Shown here piece by piece: positions 51,128 to 62,711 of a DNA stretch of 64,000 nucleotides. Position numbers and translations under genes: made by a program. The stretch's first letter is position 1. Each line of letters starts with the position of its first letter. This stretch comes from Octopus sinensis (Eukaryota), in assembly GCF_006345805.1 (NCBI RefSeq), contig NC_043024.1:6510001-6574000 (forward strand). Direction: 5' to 3'. The notes under the pieces are model-generated. The model had not been told where the DNA came from and did not search any database. It saw only the letters and a list, made by a program, of their open reading frames with translations.

Positions 51128-52407
51128 GTATATATATATGTGTATTTGCCATGTATATATATTTATTATCTGTGTAGGCATGTAATGTATATGTGTATAT
51201 GTATATGTATGTATGCCTGTATGTATATCGGTGTATATATGTACATATATGTGTATGTGTGTGTGTATGTGTGTATATATATGTATATATGTGTGTATAT
51301 GCTTGTATACCTGTGTGTGGGTGTATGTAAATGTGTGTGTATGTATGTATATATATATGTTAATAAAATAGAATATATGCATATATATAAACATATATGT
51401 ACGTACCTACCTCTACATGTACATATACACGCATATATGGGTACAGGACACCAAAAAGACGTCGAACACATAGAGAGACGAAACACATAGACACAACCAA
51501 GGAACAAGACAAGCAAAAAAAAGGAGAGATACAGGACAATAAGCACAACAACAATCCCCCTCTTCAGTCGATAAGATTTTCATCTACTAAACGTTTCGAA
51601 GGTAAAAGCGAGACGTATACTCGAAAAAAATTCCTTCCGCGAAAAGCAAATCAATAAAATTTGAGATCTTTTTGCAGAGGGTAAAAAAAAAGCAAGACGG
51701 TAACGACAGTACAAACATATAACAGTAAAAATATATATATAAACAGTGGAAAATAAATAATACAGTGAGAGACAGACAAGGAGAACAAGATAAGAAGTGC
51801 TGTTAACGGCCAGACGAAAAAAGTATGTAAAGGCTGGATTATCGTGGGAAGACAGAGAGGGAAATTTTGTCAACCAGAAGCCTTGCAAGGCGGGGAGAAA
51901 GGACAGGAAATGCAGTTACGACGGAAGTATCGTCGCAGATAGATGACGGGAATGGGGGGGGGAGGAGCAAGAGGAAGGAGAGAAGAAGGGGATGGTGTGC
52001 GAGGAGACCATGAAGATGGTGAAAGGAGAGGAGGAATGAAGAATGAGAGAGAGAGGAAGAGAAAGTAAGTGAGGGAAAAAAAACAAAACGGAATGGGAGA
52101 GAAAGAAAGAAAGATGCAGAGTCGCGTGAGAGTTATATCAAGGCTAACTTGATAAACAGAACAATCTTACTTAGTAGGGTGCGGGGTTTATCGTATAATA
52201 TGTTAATAAAATCGAATATATGCATATATAACAACATATATGACGTACCTACCTCTTACATGTACATTACACGCATATATGTTTACAGGACACCAAAAGA
52301 CGTCGAACATAGAGAGAGAAACACATAGACACAAACCAGGAAAAAAGCCAGCAAAAAAAAGGGGTATATATATATAATAGTGTATATGTATATGTATATA
52401 TATTATA

Positions 52408-52463
<56 letters not shown>

Positions 52464-53482
52464 GTATATGTATGGGTATGGTGTGTTATGTATGTGTATG
52501 TATGTACGTGTATAAGTATATGCATGTGTGTATATGTATGGACTTGTTGGGTTTTTTATATATGTAGATAGATATGTGTGCGTGTATGTGCGTAGATATG
52601 CGTATGTGTATTAGTATGTGTTTATATATATGTATGTATATGTATGGATATATATATGGATGTATGTGTATGTAGGTTTGTATATGATTGGTGTAAGTAT
52701 ATATGTGTATGTATATGTAGGTATATACGTATGTGTATGTGTGTATGTGTGTGTGTGTATATATATATATATGTATATATATGGACTTGTAGATTTCTGT
52801 ATGTGTATAGATGTACGTATGCGTATGTGTGTAGATATGTATTTGTATGTGTATATACGTGCATGTATGTATATATATATATATGTGTGTAGGTATGTAT
52901 ATGTAAGTATGCTTTTATGTACACATGTATGCGTGCATGTGTGCATATATGTATTTATAGGCATATGGATGCGTATATATGCGTATGTATGTTTTTATGC
53001 ACAAATGTCTGTATATAGGCATATGCATTTATATATGCGGGCAGATGTTCATGTGTGTTTATGTGTACTGTAGTACATTTATATATGTGGTTTTGTGTGT
53101 ACATAGTTATGTATACATTTATGTGAAAGTGGGTACACTTATGTATGTATGAATAGGTGTACTTGTGTGTATATGTATGTGTATACATAGAACATGTGTG
53201 TTTGTGTATGTGTATGAGTGTGCGTGTGAGTGTGTGTGTGTGTGTGAGTGTTTGTGTTCGTATCCGTGGGAAGAGAGATAGAAAGGAAGGGAGATGGGCA
53301 ATAAATGGACTTCATTTAGGCCGGCTAGCTCCCTGGGGAGGATCTACTCCAGCGCCACTATATGTGTGTCGGCTGGTAGGTAGGTCGAGGTCAAAATAAA
53401 AATAAAAATAAAATAAGGGAGGAAATGTGTGTGTATATATGTGCATGTATACACATATATATATATATGTATATATATATAT

Positions 53483-53522
<40 letters not shown>

Positions 53523-53790
53523 ATATATGTGTATGTATGTATTTGTGTGTGTGTGTATATGGGTGTGTATATTTTTTTATATATATGTGTGTAGATATAT
53601 GTTGTGCGTGTGCTTGCATGTTGGCATGTGTGTGTATGTGTATTTGTATATATATGTATATATGTGTGTATGTATATATGTGTGTATGTATGAGTATGTG
53701 TATATGTATATATATATATATATATGTATGATATATATATATATAATATTACGTGTGGTATATGTATGTATATATATAATATATTATAAG
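50165..53790. repeat. Mosaic (TA)n/(TG)n/(TATG)n microsatellite field inside the PLE
   Basis: Direct reading; interrupted by non-repetitive blocks at 51430-52360 and 53255-53420. Confidence 0.93.
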
Positions 53791-53983
53791 TGATAGTCTT
53801 CTTATTTACCTAAAACTCTATTCTATTATTCTATTTATTTATTTACCTACTTTATCACTGATTCTTTTGACCACTCCCCTAAGAAAGACAGTTTGCGCCC
53901 TGCCTACCCCAAAAAGTCCCCCACCACCACCACCCCTTTAAATCTGCCTAAATGTATAAATGCCAAAACTATTCTTGACACCA

Positions 53984-54034
53984 AGCTTCCTGATGATTTC
54001 ATTTGAATGAAACAGTTCTAGTCCTGTAGAAGCT
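53984..54034 (+). ncRNA. Type I hammerhead ribozyme in 3' pLTR
   Basis: Identical to the 47776 copy; predicted cleavage after 54028. Confidence 0.88.
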
Positions 54035-55714
54035 CCTTCTATAAAATAAATTAATTTACTCTGCTATGTATTGAGTACCTTATTTACTGTGGTTAACCCC
54101 GACTCAACCCAGGACCTACATATATATATATATATATATATAAATATAAATTAGATAATGAGAGTAGAAATTAATATTATTAAATAATATTAATTTAAAT
54201 AGCATACTTAAAAAATGTCTAAGGACTATGAATTATATAAATAAGAGGAATAGCAACAGCTTCACTGACGAGCTACAGATGATTACGATGGTAATCAATA
54301 ATAGCAAAATCTTAAGGTATGAAGTTAGTTGCTTTATTTTGTTTGCTAAAATTGTTGAGAACATATTCTTTGTGGTAAGGCAATTTGGCATCTTCTTCTA
54401 GCATACTAGAAATCCAACTTGATGGCTATTCCTCTTATTTATATATCTCTTATGATAAAAGGCAGATTTTCTCTGTCTGTTCCCATGTTTCTTTTTAATA
54501 CAATTCTACAATATAGAATTTCTTCAATTGGAATTTACCTATGATTTTTCCAAGTAGATTCGATTGGGTCATGGCATGTAAAGTTTTTTTCAATTTCACC
54601 CCCAATTAAGCAAAAATTCGAGAAAACTCAATATTTTACGATTTGCCTCTCTGATTTCAAGTGGTTTACTTCTGCTATTACCACCACACTTTCTCCTACT
54701 TTCTCTTTGCAAGTGTACACACACATAGACATGCAAACATATACATATACGATTGCCTCTCTCATTTCAAATGCTTTCCTCCATCTATTACCATACTTTC
54801 TCCTACTTTCTCTTTGCAAGCGGGGAAACAGATACACATGCATTTTTTTCCGGGAAGTTCTTTTGAAGTTGGTGTGCATCGGAAGCATTGATGTACATGT
54901 GTGCATGCGTGAGTGTGTGTGTGTGTTTGATGGGGTGTGCGACACAGAAAGTGTGATGTGTAAGTGAAGTGCTTTTGTTACTGTGTGTAAAGAGACAGAG
55001 AGAGTAATGTTGTGCTGTGTGTGTATGTGTGAAAGACAGAGATAACTGAACTTTTTTTATTCACTTTTTGTAGTGAGTGACTGAGAGAGAAAAGAAGAGA
55101 GAGAGGTTATGTATGTATATATGTATGTATGGCTTCAGTGACACACACACAAAAACACATACCTACGTACACCTAAAGCATGCACACATACACACACAAA
55201 CGGAGCGCGAACTTCAAAAGAACTTCGCACTCTATCTATCTGGTTTGTCATTCCTCACACACACATACACACGCAAACATATACATATATGACAGTGACA
55301 AACACAAACGTTTCAAACAACTACATACAAACACTCAAACACACACACACACACGTGTGTGTCTGTTATTAGTAAAAAAGGCGCCAAACACAATTCACTT
55401 TCTCATTCAAACACATTTGCAAACACACACCGACGGTCGAATTGCCATAACTCAACAGAAAAGGTAAATTGGTTTTTAATTTACTTTCTGTCGTTAAATT
55501 TTGGTAGTATTAATTGGCGAGCGTACTTCAGTTGTCAGTTGTTGAAAGAAAGAAATTGTAAGCTAAGAAGGTGTGTGTGTGTATGTGTGTGTCTGTGTGT
55601 GTGAGTGTGTGTGTGTAGGAAGTGAAGGATAAAAATATGGCAAGAAGCGGACAGATGTACATACATACATACATGTGTGTGTGTATTTATGTGTATTAAT
55701 GTGTGTGTGTTATT

Positions 55715-56086
55715 TCTCTCTATATAAAGCTGAAGTTGTCTGTGTGCGACAGGTTTGGTAGCCTTCAACTAACACTATCTCCTCCAAGACCCTGCGGCAC
55801 AAGTTGACCAAAATTAAGAGTATGATAGAAGAAGGGTTGCTCTTCCTTCCGTAGAAGATAAAATTCAAATTGGACCATGTTAACACCAAAAATTATTTAC
55901 ATCAAAAAGCTGCTTTTTTCTATGAAAATCCCTATTTTTTACCATTTTTTCACTGCTGTGTCGCCACTTTTCGGTGTATTTCAACCAGCAAAATGTTCAC
56001 TTGAACACAATAACAAGCTACATAATGCAAAATTTTTACTTTTCATAAATTCCAATTCCAGCAGGTCGAAACAAACCCGAGCAACG
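55715..56086 (-). mobile_element. Helitron/HINE-like element, second internal type (another copy at about 63556-63813)
   Basis: Termini match the 4267 element on the opposite strand. The internal sequence is shared with the 63556 copy. Confidence 0.55.
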
Positions 56087-56349
56087 TTTTATTTAAGGTC
56101 ACTTTAAATAAAACCCTTGATTCAATAACACTGTCTATAAACTCTAAACTTGGAATGACCAATTTTAAATGCTATTGGATTTTACTCATGAGGTATTGGA
56201 ATATTATATATATACATTCTGCCAAAAAAAAAAATGGATCTACAAATACAATATCTCTACATATCTCACATCTATTTTCTTTCCTCCACCTCACTCTCTA
56301 TTTTGTATCTTATCTAAATTAACTATTACTAAACCATCCTCTCACACCA

Positions 56350-56395
56350 TCTATGATGAAGGGATATAATAAATATCCTAGAAACAGCTGTAAGA
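56350..56395 (+). ncRNA. Degenerate minimal hammerhead
   Basis: tct ATGATGA agggatat...atatccta GAA ACAGCTGT A aga. C3 is mutated. Confidence 0.5.
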
Positions 56396-56612
56396 CCTTC
56401 TATCTATAAATGTTCTAAAATCTGCAAAGCCTTGGTTTTTTATCCCATTACGAAAAAAAATTTTTTATATACACACGATGACATATGACCAACGTTGAAC
56501 CCCTTATTCACATAATCACCAAACCTGGAACTTAACTATGGTCCATCTGTAGCACTTATTCAGCATTACCTGACATCTTTGGGTCTCAATGACACCATTA
56601 CTTCTCATAACC

Positions 56613-56643
<31 letters not shown>

Positions 56644-56644
56644 A

Positions 56645-56763
56645 TATTAATTAGAGACAAATCAAACAAAGAAAGACTTAATCCAATACATAAAATTTTT
56701 TTATGTATTGGATTAAGTCTTTCTTTGTTTGATTTGCATAATAGTGGTTTTGTCTCTAATTAA
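56645..56763. repeat. Near-perfect palindrome
   Basis: 38-nt perfect arms 56658-56695 and 56699-56736, plus an outer ttaattagagacaaa/tttgtctctaattaa pair. Confidence 0.92.
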
Positions 56764-56866
56764 TATTATATTATATTTTACTATAAAATTGGATTCAATC
56801 CTAAATCTGATTTTTCCCTGTAAATTTGGATTTATTCCCTAATATTTATTATTATTATATATATAT

Positions 56867-56897
<31 letters not shown>

Positions 56898-56924
56898 TAC
56901 ATATATATATATATATTATATATA

Positions 56925-57018
<94 letters not shown>

Positions 57019-57671
57019 TTGTTGCTATTATGCAAAAATGTCATAAGTCCAAAACATTGCTTTTTCCAGAAAACGAAAAAGTAGTTTCACCAGTCCACAG
57101 CAAAACCATTGTACTACACTTTGACAATTTTTGATATTTTGGCATCTTAAGCAGCTGGAGATACGATAGTTTGACCAAAAGAACCAAAAGACAGTAAGCT
57201 GGCAGAAACATTAGCACGTTGGGCAAAATGCATAGCTGTATTTCATCTGTCTTTACGTTTTGAGTTCAAATTCTGCCAAGGTCGACTTGGCCTTTCATCC
57301 TTTTGGAGTCGATAAATTAAGTATCAGTTGCATACTAGGGTCGATCTAATCGATTGACCTCTCCCCCAAAATTTCAGGCCTTGTGCCTAGAGTAGAAAAG
57401 GATACCTTGGCATCTGAAGCAACTGGAGATATGAGAGTTTGACCAAAAGAATCAGCTATTGCAATCGAAAATAAATATTGAAAATTTGGACATACAACAG
57501 GTTAACATAATAGCAACGATATATATATATATATTGCATGTTTCGTTTTTGTATCTGTTATTTTATTATTGATCTATTATTGATATATAAATGAAGCTTT
57601 ATCTTTTAATTGCTGCTTTTCTTTATAAGAACTGAAAAGATACATTGTGGAACTACTGTCTACTATCTAAT

Positions 57672-57730
<59 letters not shown>

Positions 57731-57952
57731 GTGTGTGTGTTTGTCCATCCAACATCGCTTGACAAGCAGTGCTGGTGTGTTTACGTCCCCGTAACTTAGC
57801 GGTTCAGCAAAAGAGACCGATAGAATAAGTACTAGGCTTACAAAGAATAAGTCCTGGGGTCGATTTGCTCAACTAAAGGCGGTACTCCAGCATGGCCGCA
57901 GTTAAATGACTGAAACAAGTAAAAGAGAGTAAAAGTGTATATAACATGTGTG

Positions 57953-57991
<39 letters not shown>

Positions 57992-58691
57992 TGTGTTTGT
58001 ACTCCACTATCAATTGACAACCAATGTTGGTGTGTTTACATCCCTGTAACTTAGTGGTTCAGCAAAAGAGACTGATAGACTAAGTGCCTTGTGCCAATAT
58101 TAATATGAATATCTATATATTTATACATTGTCTCATTGTCTCAAAGTTTCCCCCATTTGCTTTCTCTTATTTTCCATGGATACATATATATACATATATA
58201 CATATTTTGCATTTCATACACAAACTGTTACATTTAATAAATCTAATTTGTTTATCCACATCATAATTGCCTCTACCTTAGTGACAACCATAGTTGTTGG
58301 CTTTTGGTTGTAAATTGCAAATAGCAACCTTAATAATTTATAATTCTCACTTCACCATTTTTAGATCAGTCAATGTTTCCTATGGTATTCTGTATAAGGC
58401 TGACTGGGTGAGTTAAGTTCTTTAACCCTCGGCGACGGAGTAATGGGTTACGGATGAAGATGAAACAAATCTGAAATCAGCACTGGTATGACTCCATCTC
58501 GCTTTTAAGGAGGGTGCCTGTCTCCCTTGTCAGTCATTAGAAAAGTAGAAAAGTGCTCTCACATGGCTGAGAGTTGTTTTGACTCTTATTTCTAGCAATG
58601 CGAGTGCTTACTAGCAGCCTCAGTTACTTTAGTGACCACTATACCTGTTGCCTTTCGGTTGTAAATTGCATATGGCCACCTTAATAATTTA

Positions 58692-59951
58692 TCAGGCTGA
58701 GTAACGTTTTGAAGCATGAAATTCATCACAATATATTCCAACAATGCGGAGATTTTAATCATTAAAGTAAGTGCCATTACAATCAACACATTTTTGCCAA
58801 CGAGTTACAAGTTTGTTTATTCTGGTAACATAAAAATCTGGAACTGTTTGAACGCACTTTCAGCATCGGTTTGATTTTTTAACTCCTCCTCTCACAGGAA
58901 ACCATCAAGGTGCTTGAAAAAGTGGTAGTCGGTAGGAGAAAGGTGTGAGGAATAAGCTGGGTGGGGAAGAACTTTGTAGCCAAGTTCCCTCAACTTCTGG
59001 AGCGTCATTAGGGAAATGTGTGGTCAAGCATTGTCATGAAGAATGATTAGTCCTCTTCTGTTGACCAGTCTGGCATGGAGGGGTAGCAGTTTTTTCATTC
59101 ATTTTGGCAATTTCATGGCTATATGTTTTTACAGTAATGGTTTTTCTGGGTTTTAAGAAGTTATAGTGGATGAGTCCAGCAGTACACCACCAAACAGTCA
59201 CCATAACCTTCTTTTTGAAGAGCTCGGGTTTAGGGAAGGTTTTTGGTGCTTCATTTTGGTCCAGCCACTGTGAAGAACATTTTTTATTATTATACAGAAT
59301 CCACTTTTCACTGCAAGTTACAATACAGTCGAGAAATGGATTGGTCTGGTTACAGAGAAGAAGCAACGAGCAAATTTCATATCTGCGCATTTTCTGATTT
59401 TCATTCAAATCATGCGGTACCCATTTGTCAAGCTTATTTGATTTTCTGATCGCATGCAAATGGTTGCAGGCAGTTTTCTGGCTAACTAGAAGTTCTTTTG
59501 CCAGTTCTCGAGTGGTTTTACGTGGATCTTTCTTGATGACGGTCTTTAATTGATTGTTGTCAATGACAGATGCGTGTCCACTATGCTCACAATCTTCAAG
59601 GCTCAGGTATCCACTGCGAAATCGTTTAAACCATTTTCAAGCTGACCCCTCACTGGTCATTTCCTCACCAAACATTTCATTGATATTGGGAGCAGTTTCA
59701 ACTGCTTTATGTCCTTTTTTGAAGTTGAATAGCAAAATTGCTCGAATATCGTACTTTGACAGTTCCATTTCAGATGATTGTAACAACGGTGCAAAAAATA
59801 TCAATGTTAATTTATTGATGCCGCTGGGCAAGTCTATGTCTGTATTATGAAACAATTGCAAAAAACTGTTTAAAAAAATTCAAAACTCTGCAAAAATCCA
59901 GTACACAATTCTTCATGATTCAAAACGTTGCTTAGCTTTTATTCAACCTGA
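58692..59951 (-). mobile_element. Mariner transposon, near full length, inactive
   Basis: Transposase 59768 to 58755 with WVPHDL, TCSEKW (first catalytic D replaced by S), HDNA and PAYSSHLSPTDYHFFKHLD; stops and frameshifts. Imperfect TIRs tcaggctga..gtaacgttttgaa and ttcaaaacgttgc..tcaacctga. Confidence 0.92.
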
Positions 59952-59981
59952 TGTATGTATGTATGTATGTATGTATGTATG

Positions 59982-60015
<34 letters not shown>

Positions 60016-60464
60016 TGTATGTATGTATGTACGTACGTACATATGTAACCATGTGTGTATTTCTTTGTGCCTGTGTTTGTCCCTTACTGTTGCCTGGCAA
60101 CTGGTGCTGACGTGTTTACATTCCCGTAACTTAATGGTTTGGCAAAAGAGACCAAAAAAATAAGTGCCATGCTTTAATAAAAAATAACTAAGTAGTGGGA
60201 TTAATTCATTTGGCTAAAAATTCTCCGAGATGGTGCCCCAGCATGGCTGCAGTCCAATGACTGAAACAAGTAAAAGATAAAAAGATGAAAGACAGTCATA
60301 GTTAACAGCCACAATTGGGGATCCAGCTGGTTGATTCTGATAGTACCAGATATAGAACCCGACCCCACAATGATCCCCACTCCCAAGAATAGTGGGTGGA
60401 GAAGAAAGATGGATAGGATAACAACAACAACAAGAGATAAAGCCTGTGAAAAAAAACATATTAC

Positions 60465-60655
60465 ATTTGGTTTTTCAACGATGGTTATACTTTTCCTTGC
60501 AGCTGGTAGAGAGAAATCCGGAGTTGAGAGATTCAATTTATCAAGACTTGATGAAAAGAGTTTCTTTGCTAATGCATCTGAATATACCCTTGATTTCTCA
60601 TAATTATGGTGGAGCCATGATGCGGTTGTTTGCAGATAACTTGGGTCATTTCTGA
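60465..60655 (-). CDS. DLEC1: Candidate N-terminal DLEC1 exon (RNDPSYLQ...IVEKPN)
   Basis: Strong acceptor (cccattttctctcaattcttttcag), 191-nt open frame, phase 1 to 0, compatible with the next exon. The donor (gtaata) is weak and I see no recognisable conservation. Confidence 0.45.
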
Positions 60656-61123
60656 CTGAAAAGAATTGAGAGAAAATGGGATCAGCAGAGTGTTGTTGGT
60701 GTTGTGGTCATGTCTGTCTGGAGTTTAAGAGTGACTAAAAAGGAGGGGAATATTTTGGTGCTGTAGACCCCTAGCAAGTGGCCTAGTCGTCAGGCTGTTG
60801 CGCTCACAATTGTGGGATCATGGTTTCGATTTCCAGACTGGTTTTGTGTTGAGGTCTTGAGTAAAACACTTTGTTTCGTGTTTCTGTCTGTTCTGATTAC
60901 AAGGGTTCCAGTTGATCTGATCAATGGAACAGCCTTTTACTCTTTTACTCTTTTACTTGTTTCAGTCAGTTTACTGTGGCCATGCTGGAACACTGCCTTT
61001 AGTCAACCTCAGGACTTATTCTTTGTAAGCCTAGTACTTATTCTATCGATTTCTTTTTACGGGGACGTAAACACACCAGCATCAGTTGTCAAGCAATGAT
61101 GGGGGACAAACACAGACACACAA

Positions 61124-61195
<72 letters not shown>

Positions 61196-61196
<1 letters not shown>

Positions 61197-61497
61197 GAGG
61201 CGCAATGGCCTAGTGGTTAGGGCAGCAGATTCGCGGTCGCAGGATCGTGGTTTCGATTCCCAGACCGGGTGTTGTGAGTGTTTATTGAGCGAAAACACCT
61301 AAAAGCTCCATGAGGCTCCGGCAGGGGGTGGTGATCCCTGCTGTACTCTTTCACCACTCTTTCTCCCACTCTTTCTTCTGTTGGCCTGCTCGCTTAGCCA
61401 GCGGGGTGGCGTCATTCGAAGGCTAAAACAATACGAAAGCATTGTGACCAGCGATGTGTAACATCTGACGGTCTGGTCGGTCACGTGATCACGTGAT
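61196..61497 (+). mobile_element. tRNA-derived SINE family C nested in a family A copy
   Basis: TGGCCTAGTGG A box, GGTTTCGATTCCC B box; partial head also at about 60775-60880. Confidence 0.8.
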
Positions 61498-62488
61498 ATA
61501 TATATATATAAATATATATATACATATATACGACAGGCTTCTTTCAGTTTCTGTCTACCAAATCCACTCACAAGGCTTTGGTCGACCCGAGGCTATGGTA
61601 GAAAACACTTGCCCAAGATGCAGTGGGACTGAACCTAGAACCATGTGGTTCATAAGCAAGCTTCTTACCACACAGCCACTCCTGCCTGCTCATGAAGTTA
61701 ACATGCAAGTGGCTGAGCACTCCACAGACATGTGTACTCTTAATGTAGTTCTCAGGGAGGTTCAGTGTGACACAGAGTGTGACAAATCTGACCCTTTGAA
61801 ATACAGGTACAACACATTTTTGCCAGCCGAATGGACTGGAGCAATGTGAAATAAAGTACCTTGCTCAAGGATACAATGCATTGCCGGGAATTGAACTCAT
61901 GACCTTACGGTTGTGAGATGAATGCCCTAACCTCTAGCCATGTGCCTTCGTTGCTTCAGTTCACTCAGCTGAAAATGGGTAAGCTTGCGACTGATTGGCA
62001 TACAAGGGTGAGAGGGTTGCTCAGGGAAACTAACCTGAACACAGGTCTCACAACCATCATCACCACCACCATACCACCACCATCACCACCACCAGCAGTA
62101 CCATCATCATCATCATCATCATTTAGCATCTGTTTTCCATGCTGGCATTGGACAGACACTTTGACTGCCACTGGTTAGCTGCAGAGCTGTACCAGGTTCC
62201 GGTCTGATTTGACTTGATTTTGGACTCAGTGGTCAAAATGATGAACAGCACAAACCATATTGAGATTCCCAGCTGATTGTGATTGGTTGCTCAGCCATAT
62301 TAAAGGTTGATTGATTGAGCACAGAATCAGTGGATTTTTGTTAAAGATATGACAAAGACACAGGCATGGCTGTGTGGTAAGAAGCTTGCTTACCAACCAC
62401 ATGGTTCCAGGTTCAGTCCCACTGCGTAGCACTTTGGGTAAGCCTTGTGAGTGGATTTTGTAGACGGAAATTGAAAGAAGCCTATCGT

Positions 62489-62711
62489 AGCTGGCAGAAA
62501 CGTTAGCACGCCGAGCGAAATGCTTAGCAGTATTTCATCTGTCTTTACGTTCTGAGTTCAAATTCCGCCGAGGTCGACTTTGCCTTTCATCCTTTCGGGG
62601 TCGATAAATTAAGTACCAGTTACGCACTGGGGTCGATGTAATCGACTTAATCCCTTTGTCTGTTCTTCTTTGTCCCCTCTATGTTTAGCCTCTTGTGGGC
62701 AATAAAGAAAT
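62489..62711 (+). mobile_element. tRNA-derived SINE family B (Nin-domain-like)
   Basis: gagttcaaattcc B box, then gcctttcatcctttcggggtcgataaa. Copies at about 6696-6918, 13120-13330, 13420-13620(-), 35040-35270(-), 37900-38130(-), 39600-40015(-, with an internal tandem duplication of about 180 nt) and 57200-57400. Confidence 0.85.

Larger units (their letters stand above)
47763..54120 (+). mobile_element. Penelope-like retroelement (Naiad-type) with terminal direct repeats (pLTRs)
   Basis: About 150-nt direct repeats at 47763-47912 and 53971-54120 (one mismatch seen) flank an RT plus GIY-YIG ORF. Both ends abut (TA)n. Confidence 0.88.

Noticed and set aside
51555-51612. Possible type II hammerhead on the minus strand (GAAAC...CTGAAGA)
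   Set aside because: Stems I and III do not pair convincingly next to the core.
55440-55460. RFX X-box-like site attgccataactcaac
   Set aside because: Poor match to the palindromic consensus, and not near a demonstrable transcription start.
58380-58680. Additional upstream DLEC1 exon
   Set aside because: Acceptor-like sites are present, but the frames close before any good donor.
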